Below are positions 57,330 to 62,000 of a stretch of 62,000 bases of DNA, piece by piece. The position numbers were made by a program, and so were the translations under genes. The stretch lies in contig NC_045696.1 of assembly GCF_009834535.1 (NCBI RefSeq), positions 1,550,001-1,612,000 on the forward strand, written 5' to 3'. The DNA comes from Camelus ferus (Eukaryota). The notes beneath the pieces were generated by a model. It did not search any database, had not been told where the DNA came from, and saw only the letters and a list, made by a program, of their open reading frames with translations. The stretch's first letter is position 1. Each line of letters opens with the position of its first letter.

Positions 57330-58330
57330 GGTGTCCAGGTGCCACAGGAAACGACAGACGTGCGTTTCTCACGCATCCAGAGCCCGAAAGCCCAGGGTCG
57401 AGGCCGGACTCAGGTGAGAAGCGCCCCCGGCCTGCAGGCGCCCCTTCTCGCTGGGTCTTCGCGGGGCGGAGAGGAAGGCCTGGCCTCTCCCGCGTCTTTT
57501 TTCTTTTTCAATGACGTGTAATTGATGTACAGTGTTAGAACAGCAGACGAACAGCAAAGCGGTTGAGTCATACAGACACATACATGTGTATTTTCTTCGT
57601 CTCAATTCTTCCCCATTATAGGTTATTACAGATGCTGAATGTAGTTCCCTGTGCTGCACAGCAGGGCCTTGTTTGTTATCTACACGTAAATAGTAATGTG
57701 TACCTGCCGATCCCAAGCTCCCAGCTTACCCCTCCCTCCCCCCTTCCCCTTTGGTTACTGTAGTTTGGTTTCTGTGTCTGTGAGACTGTTTCTAACTTGC
57801 CAGTAAGTTCATTGGTGTCTTTTTTTTAGATTCCACATGTAAGTGATATCGTCTGATATTTGTCTTCCTCTGTCTGACTTCACTTGATGTGATCATCTCC
57901 AGGTCCATCCACGTTGCTGCAAATGGCATTATTTTGTCGTTTTTATGGCTGAGTAGTATTCCACTGTATAAACGTACCACGGCTGCTTTAGCCCGTCACC
58001 TGTCGGCGGACGCTGAGGCTGCCTCCACGTCTTGGCTGCTTGAGCACGGGGTGCAGGGGTCTGTTCATGTTATAGTTTTCCCTGGGTGTGTGCTCAGAAG
58101 TGGGGTTGCTGGATCACAGGGTGAGTCTACTTTTAGTTTTTTAAGGAACCTCCTTACTGTCCTCCATTCTCCCTCTTCTGGTAAGGACACAAATCCCACT
58201 GTGAGGGCCCCACCCTCATGACCCCATCTGAACCCAATTACCTCCTGAAGTTCCCAGCTCCAAACACTGTCACGTTGGGGTGGGGCGTCAGTGTGTGAAT
58301 TTGGGGGACGCAAGTGTCCAGTCAGTGACC
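57330..58330 (-). mobile_element. MLT1A/MST-like MaLR LTR split by an L1 insertion
   Basis: Left part (about 57330-57496): acagacgtgcgtttctcacg...ccttctcgctgggtcttc. Right part (about 58170-58330): taaggacacaaatccc...caccctcatgacc...aattacctcc...gaatttggggga. Confidence 0.7.
57497..58168 (-). mobile_element. Artiodactyl-type L1 3' end, 5'-truncated
   Basis: T-rich head, cattataggttattaca, tagattccacatgtaagtgatatc, ORF KIMPFAATWMDLEMITSSEVRQ, tttttaaggaacctcc. Confidence 0.88.
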
Positions 58331-61300
58331 GCCTCTCCCCGGTATAGACAGCAGAGCCCAACACCAGATCCCCGCCCCCTAAATGGTCATGGAGTGAGCT
58401 GTGCCTTCAGGGGGCAGACGTCCAGGTGCTGTTTCCCACCAAGCTGCCCTGGGGGCCCTCAGCCACCTCCTCCGGCTGGCAAGTACCCCCAGAGCCAAGT
58501 GGCTCCAAGTGCCGGGCCCCTCTTTGGGGTCTCAGCCTTTCAGTGCCCTCTGGCATGCTACCTGTTCTATGCGTTGGTGTCCCAGCCTTGGGAGCGGCCT
58601 TCAGCCTGAGGAGGGGCCCAGCTCTGAGGCTGGAGCCCTCTCCTCCCACCAGAGCCACGCCTGCTGCTGCAGGGCCCCTCCTGTGGCCAGGGTTCCCCGA
58701 GATGCCCTCCTGCTTGGATGTAGTTCATCCTGAGACCCCAGATGGCGGGGACCCCCCATCGAGGCCTCGCAGACCCACCTGGGGGCCAGCTGAGGATGTG
58801 GCTGGGGAACAGACAGCCCCAGGTCCTGCTTGGAGAGCTAGAGCCTGGCGCATGGGGGCGCGGTAAGCAGCACCCAGGACAGCATTTGCTGTCATTTGTC
58901 CACATCGCCGCACTGTGGCTCACAGCGGGGTCTACAAGGAACTGGCACTTTCTACTCAGCTGCTGTCCACAGTGCCCCTCCCCGAGACACAGTGCCGTGA
59001 GAGCCGCCCCACCGTGTGTGCGGGTTCTGTGGGGAGCCCCACCCTCATCGTTTCCGGGCGCACACGCGTGTCTGGACGAGTTGCCAGCCCCTCCTTAGCG
59101 ATGGCAGCCGACGACGTCACTCCAGAGTCACGCTCGGAACGCGTCCAGCTCCCTCCCCTCAGCCACCTGGAGATGCAGTCACTCCCATGTCTTCCCCTTC
59201 AAAGCCACGGGCCTGCCCCCAGCATGCATCACCTGCGGCAGGTGACGCACAGGCCTCGGAATCCCGTGGGGCCATTGTCCTTACTGGTGAGACGGCCACA
59301 CGCCCGGTGCACGGGCGCACATGCACACACAGAGGGCTGGGGGCGGGGCTTCCAGGGCAGCTGGATGGAGCAGCCCGGCCTGGCCCTGTGGACAGCACAT
59401 CCAGCCTGGCTGTCCCTCTGCAGGCCGTGGGGCCATCGAGGTTCCCAAGCCATGCGTGTGGAGTGGCATCTTCAAAGGCCCCTCCTGCTGGGGGGACGGG
59501 GTGGGATGGGAGGCAGGGAGGCCGAGGCAGCTGGAGGCCGTGCAGGGTGGCTGGGGCTTGGGGGCAGTGAAGATGGACATCGGGGCACCCGAGATGGATT
59601 GCAGAACCGACAGGATTTGCCAGTGGACCCGCGGAGGCAGAGGCGAGGGGACTAAGGCCCAAGCCACCGGGCGGGCTGTGGGGACGGGGCAGGCGAGGGT
59701 GTGATGTGTGATCTGTGTGCCAGCAGAACGCGATGTTGGTTCGGGCCCCATGCCCCTTCTCCCTTACTCTGGCAACGCTCCGCCCGTTTCCTTGTGGGAA
59801 TTGTCCCTCTCCACAGCGTGCAGTCAGTGGTCAGGGGAGCGTGTAAGCCATACCTCAGCCACTAGGGCTGTGCCTCCCGGGGTCTGAGCCCTGAGCCGAG
59901 GGTCCCGGGACAGACGCCCAACGCCCTTGGATGGATGTGACCCGTGACCCCGGAGCTTCCACCCACTGCAGTCCCCAGCAGCCAGTTTTGTTCTTCCCAG
60001 CTGGAGGAGCCCAGCCCTGGGGCCTCTGAAACTCTGCCCCCGAGGGGTGCATGACACACGCTCGGGGGCGACAGCAGGTGGAGCACGAAGCCCGGGGGTG
60101 AGACGGCAGCAGACATGTTGGTCGCTGCCCGAAAGGGCCAGGCCTTGAACGGGGACATTCCTGTTTGTGACGCTTGCCCATGACTGTCTGTGTCTTGGTG
60201 AATTCTGCGGGGTCCTCCACCTCGTGCCCTCCCCCCACCTGTGCTTCCTGGCTGCCACTCGACCATCTGGCACGCATGCCTGGCGTTTAAGTCTGCCTGC
60301 CACACGCTGCCCTGGCCACGAGAGCGAGGGGCTCACGGTGCCTGAAACCCTCTAGTTTGGAGCAAGAAGCAGGCAGTGTTGTGCTGATTTGTGAGCAGGA
60401 GCTTCTGGGCAGACGCATCCCCTGGACGGAGCGCAGAGCACGGAGACAACGCGGCTCACGTGCATCCGCAGCGCAGGAGCAAAGGCAGCAGCCACACGGG
60501 CTCCCGGCGAGGCCCCCTGCCGCTCAGAGCCAGTGAGAGCCCCCTGGAGCCCCAGACAGCATCTGGGTCCTGGAGGTGCAGGGGCGCAGTGCCTCGTGGG
60601 GCCTGGGGACCCCCAAAGTCCACCCAGGCATCTGCCAGCTCATCAGTGAGGCAGGGACGTCACTCATTCGTTCATTCATTCAGTGCTGCCCAGCCTGGCA
60701 GTGCCGGGGGAACAAACCATGAGATCATTGGAGAGATCTTGGGAGGACTTGTCAGAGAGCCTCAGACCTCCTGGGCAGGGGCTGGGCAGCCACGCCACCC
60801 CTAGACGCAGGCTCCAAAGCCCCGGCTGCCGAAGGCCCAGTTGAGCTTGGACCCCCAGGATGCAGCCTGCAGCGTGGGGGTCGGAGCCGGCGGGACCCTC
60901 GCGTGGAGACCAGGGCTCAGCAGCCGGCCTCTGCCTGGGACCTGGCAGCGCAGCCTGCCCTGGCCAGGGTGGGGGTGGGCAGTTCCTGGGACCAGCCTGC
61001 GAGGAGTCGGGGGTTGGCTGGGTCAGCAGTGAGGGTCCTGTGTCTGGGGGCTCCTGGCCAAGCTTGGCCTCGCCGGGAGAGCCAGAGCCACCCACCCTGA
61101 AGGGGATCGGAGCCCCGGGCCCCCCAGACCTGGCCGAGATCTGAACCTGAGCGCTGGTGGCCTGCTGCTCCTGTTCCCGGGGCCCCATTCAGCTGCTGCA
61201 GGCAGTGCTCCGGGACGAAGTCCTCGGGCGACAGCTTTAGAGGGTGGGGGCACCCAATGCCAGGCCTCCCCGGCCCAGAGCCCGGGTCTCTGAGCCCAGC

Positions 61301-61685
61301 ACACACCATGCGCCCCCAGCCTTGGGCGACCCCGTGGGGAAGGGGCACCACTGCCCCTCACGGGGAGGAGATGCCCGATCGCTGGTCACGGCAGGCCCCA
61401 GGGGCCATCTCCGCGCAGACCCTCAGCAGGTGCTCTGGGTCCAGGGCCCGCCTGGGGCCGGGCCCCGCAGCCCCCAGCATCCACGGTGTGTAGGCACGGG
61501 GCTCTGGGGGGCACTGGGCGGCTCGGCCCGCTCAGCCCGCTGGCCCGCTGACCAAAGCCGGTCTCCGTCGCTGGTTTTGGGGCAGCTGTGCTGACTGCGA
61601 AGCATCTTGGGGAACTGGTGACGTGACTGGCACTAAAATCGTGTGTGGGTCGCAGGACGGAACCGCAGGTGGCTCTAAGTGGGGC

Positions 61686-61940
61686 CTTTTTGAGGTAAAA
61701 TTCGTGTAACATGAAATTAACTGTTTTAAGGTGACCGGCACGGCGCACTCAGCACATTCACATTGCTGTGCAGCCGCCACCTCTGTCCGCTCCCGAGCAC
61801 GCCCCTCAGGCCCGCGCCGGCCCCGCTGATCCGCTGTCTGCGCGGCCCACTCGAAGGCACCGCACGCTGTGCTCTGGTCTCTGGCTGCGCTCACTGAGCG
61901 TGGGGTTCTGAGGTCCGTCCACGTGGCACCGAGCACGGTT
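61686..61940 (-). mobile_element. L1MB-like 3' end fragment, GC-shifted
   Basis: ttttgaggtaaaattcgtgtaacatgaaattaactgttttaaggtg...cacattcacattgctgtgcagccgccacctct. Confidence 0.7.
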
Positions 61941-62000
61941 TCAGTGAACAGTTGCCTGAAGGGAGTCAGTGCCTGGCGTGGCCTCCCGGCGGGGCTGCTG

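Noticed and set aside
45600..62000. TSPEAR exon 1, KRTAP genes or another protein-coding gene in the distal 16 kb
   Set aside because: I found no recognisable TSPEAR signal-peptide exon or KRTAP-like ORF. The long ORFs (e.g. 46407-47165, 51093-51875, 58915-59655) look like GC-rich or L1-derived noise. Small or non-coding exons cannot be excluded by eye.
1..62000. CRISPR arrays, operons, prokaryotic defence systems, rRNA
   Set aside because: This is eukaryotic intron-containing DNA with no regularly spaced repeat-spacer array or rRNA-like sequence.

Overview
Mammalian genomic DNA, GC-rich and repeat-rich, most likely from a camelid (alpaca/llama/camel). That call rests on three tRNA-Ala-derived vic-1-type SINEs and is an inference from recalled repeat sequences. 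Two complete spliced protein-coding genes lie in tandem on the + strand. SUMO3 has 4 coding exons (4573-4593, 9692-9820, 11834-11905, 13320-13412; 104 aa precursor). UBE2G2 has 6 coding exons (17756-17798, 29550-29585, 29681-29726, 38674-38792, 41162-41302, 43746-43858; 165 aa). Each starts in a CpG island and all introns are GT-AG. This matches the known human 21q22.3 gene order SUMO3-UBE2G2-(TSPEAR/KRTAP10/12). The remainder is intron and intergenic DNA with L1, L2, MIR, MaLR/ERV LTR and hAT remnants, and I recognise no coding exon in the last ~16 kb. Almost all ORFs in the supplied track are chance ORFs of GC-rich DNA. I found no evidence of a wholly new gene system. The most interesting signals are a strong local AT-to-GC conversion of old repeats, a UG-repeat with an open reading frame at the SUMO3 exon 2 donor, a young L1 with a perfect TSD, and a candidate homeobox-motif enhancer. 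Repeat family names and boundaries are by eye and approximate.
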